Shown here piece after piece: positions 62,002 through 64,000 of a stretch of 64,000 bases of DNA. This DNA is from the human T2T-CHM13v2.0 reference genome, Homo sapiens. How positions within the stretch are numbered: the stretch's first letter is position 1; the number at the start of each line of letters is the position of its first letter. The position numbers and the translations under genes were made by a program. The notes under the pieces are model-generated. The model searched no databases, had not been told where the DNA came from, and worked only from the letters and a program-made list of their open reading frames with translations. Location of the stretch: assembly GCF_009914755.1 (NCBI RefSeq), contig NC_060925.1; one strand, given 5' to 3'.

Positions 62002-62215
62002 GCATTTATCCTCTTATAACATAAATTGTTTTATATGTCATCATCTGATCACACTCACTGTGACCTGTATGCACAGGGACTTTGTTCTGATCACTGTGGT
62101 AGCCACAGTGGTCAACACGTAGCCAGGCTTCATAAGTGTGGTTGGAAAGAGTGGATTTCATGCTTTTCTGAATTTCTGTTTTTGTATGTACTCATTCTCT
62201 AGAGGAGATATTGGA

Positions 62216-62652
62216 TGTATTAGTTTCCTAGGAATGCCAATACAGTATCACAAACTGGTTACCTAAAACAACAGAATTTTATTCTCTCACAGTTTTGGAG
62301 GCTAGAAATCTGAAATCAAGATGTCACCAGGGTTGGTTACTTCTGAGGGCTCTAAGCAGATGAATCTGTCCCATTCCTCTCTCCCAGGTTCTTGTCATAA
62401 CTAACAGTTGTTGACATTTCTTGGTTTGCAGATGCACCACTCTAATCCCTGCCTCCCCCATCACACGGTAATCCCCAGTGTCTCAGTCTTTGCATGGCCA
62501 CCCTCTTATCAGAACATGAGTCATAACTGATTAGAGAAACCCACTCTAATCCAATATGATCTCACCTTAACTAGTTACACTCTTTATGTATTTCCAAACA
62601 AGCTCACATGCTGAGTATCTTTTTGGGAAGAAATACAACTCAATCCGTAACA
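62216..62652 (-). mobile_element. MLT1 solo LTR, paralogue
   Basis: Colinear with 4282-4720. Confidence 0.75.
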
Positions 62653-63258
62653 CTGGGCTATGGAAAAAATGGCCTAGGTTTTAGATTTGTATAATTGAAA
62701 ATCTTTTCAGTGTATCCAATTACTGTATAGAAAACTTACTACAAAGTGTACATCAAACACTCTAAAGTAATAGACAAACAGATTTTGTTAACACTCCTAG
62801 TAAAAATGTCTACTATTATGTGAGCAAAGGCACACATTTATTCTCCATTTCTAGTACTGTGATGGTCACATGCTGACTGAAGCTGAATTTCTCTATCAAT
62901 GTGTCTGTAAAAGACTTCTAATTTTATAGGAACTATCTGTTTCCCTTGGAGACTTTAAAAAAAAAAAAACTCCATCCATTATTTATTAGATACTATAATT
63001 CTAATTTTTCAATGGAGAAAGGGGATGCTCAGAAGAAAACCTTAGGACAAGCTCTATAATTTCGTGAGACAGTGTTGAAAGAACATATTTCGTTCAGATT
63101 CTATATTTCTTGACCTTTTAGTTTCCTACTTCTATTCATGCTGTATTGATCACCCAACTACAGAAGTTACCACAATCACATGATTTATAAGGCACTGAGT
63201 AAAGTTTTACCAAATTAATACGCTGGTTTTGTGGTACTAGGTAAAAAGCATACACATC

Positions 63259-64000
63259 ATGGCAAGGGAGAATTCGACCTTCAACTCCGACTTCATCCTC
63301 CTGGGAATCTTCAATCACAGCCCCACCCACACCTTCCTCTTCTTTCTGGTCCTGGCCATCTTTTCAGTGGCCTTCATGGGAAACTCTGTCATGGTTCTCC
63401 TCATCTACCTGGACACCCAGCTCCACACCCCCATGTACCTCCTCCTCAGCCAACTGTCCCTCATGGACCTCATGCTCATCTGCACCACCGTACCCAAGAT
63501 GGCCTTCAACTACCTGTCTGGCAGCAAGTCCATTTCTATGGCTGGTTGTGCCACACAAATTTTCTTCTATACATCACTGCTTGGCTCTGAGTGCTTTCTT
63601 TTGGCTGTTATGGCTTATGACCGCTACACTGCCATTTGCCACCCTCTAAGATACACCAATCTCATGAGCCCTAAAATTTGCGGACTTATGACTGCCTTTT
63701 CCTGGATCCTGGGCTCTACGGATGGAATTATTGATGTTGTAGCAACATTTTCCTTCTCCTACTGTGGGTCTCGGGAAATAGCCCACTTCTTCTGTGACTT
63801 CCCCTCCCTACTAATCCTCTCATGCAGTGACACATCAATATTTGAAAAGATTCTTTTCATCTGCTGTATAGTAATGATTGTTTTCCCTGTTGCAATCATC
63901 ATTGCTTCCTATGCTCGAGTTATCCTGGCTGTCATTCACATGGGATCTGGAGAGGGTCGTCGCAAAGCTTTTACTACTTGTTCCTCTCACCTCTTGGTGG
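63259..64000 (+). CDS. OR2M3: Olfactory receptor OR2M3, 3'-partial (runs off the window; absent from the ORF track)
   Basis: ATG at 63259 reads MARENSTFNSDFILLGIFNH...MAYDRYTAICHPLRY...KAFTTCSSHLLV and stays open to the window end. Confidence 0.92.
   Translation, partial: MARENSTFNSDFILLGIFNHSPTHTFLFFLVLAIFSVAFMGNSVMVLLIYLDTQLHTPMYLLLSQLSLMDLMLICTTVPKMAFNYLSGSKSISMAGCATQIFFYTSLLGSECFLLAVMAYDRYTAICHPLRYTNLMSPKICGLMTAFSWILGSTDGIIDVVATFSFSYCGSREIAHFFCDFPSLLILSCSDTSIFEKILFICCIVMIVFPVAIIIASYARVILAVIHMGSGEGRRKAFTTCSSHLLV

Overview
Primate, apparently human, genomic DNA from the OR2M olfactory receptor cluster (recalled as chr1q44). It holds three single-coding-exon OR genes on the + strand: OR2M5 (5343-6281), OR2M2 (40180-41223) and OR2M3 (from 63259, cut off by the window end). 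Each lies in a copy of an old tandemly duplicated unit: AKIRIN2 processed pseudogene, Alu, conserved 50-nt candidate non-coding exon, MER46C, 72-bp minisatellite, MLT1 LTR, OR coding exon, then a full-length L1PB-type element. Later events reshaped the units. A full-length L1PA2 with intact ORF0 inserted into one AKIRIN2 retrocopy. A + strand L1PA7/8-like element, with 18 copies of a 65-bp unit in its 5'UTR, is fused by deletion to the second retrocopy. A ~69-copy 17-bp GC-rich VNTR sits in the leader of the first retrocopy. Several small L1 insertions show 3' transductions or inversions. The long repeat-derived ORFs are most likely artefacts. I see no clear evidence of a wholly new biological system. 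The best leads are retroelement-driven chimeric transcription into the OR genes, the frameshift-extended OR2M2 C-terminus, and the two young VNTRs. Gene and repeat names are from recognition, not database searches.
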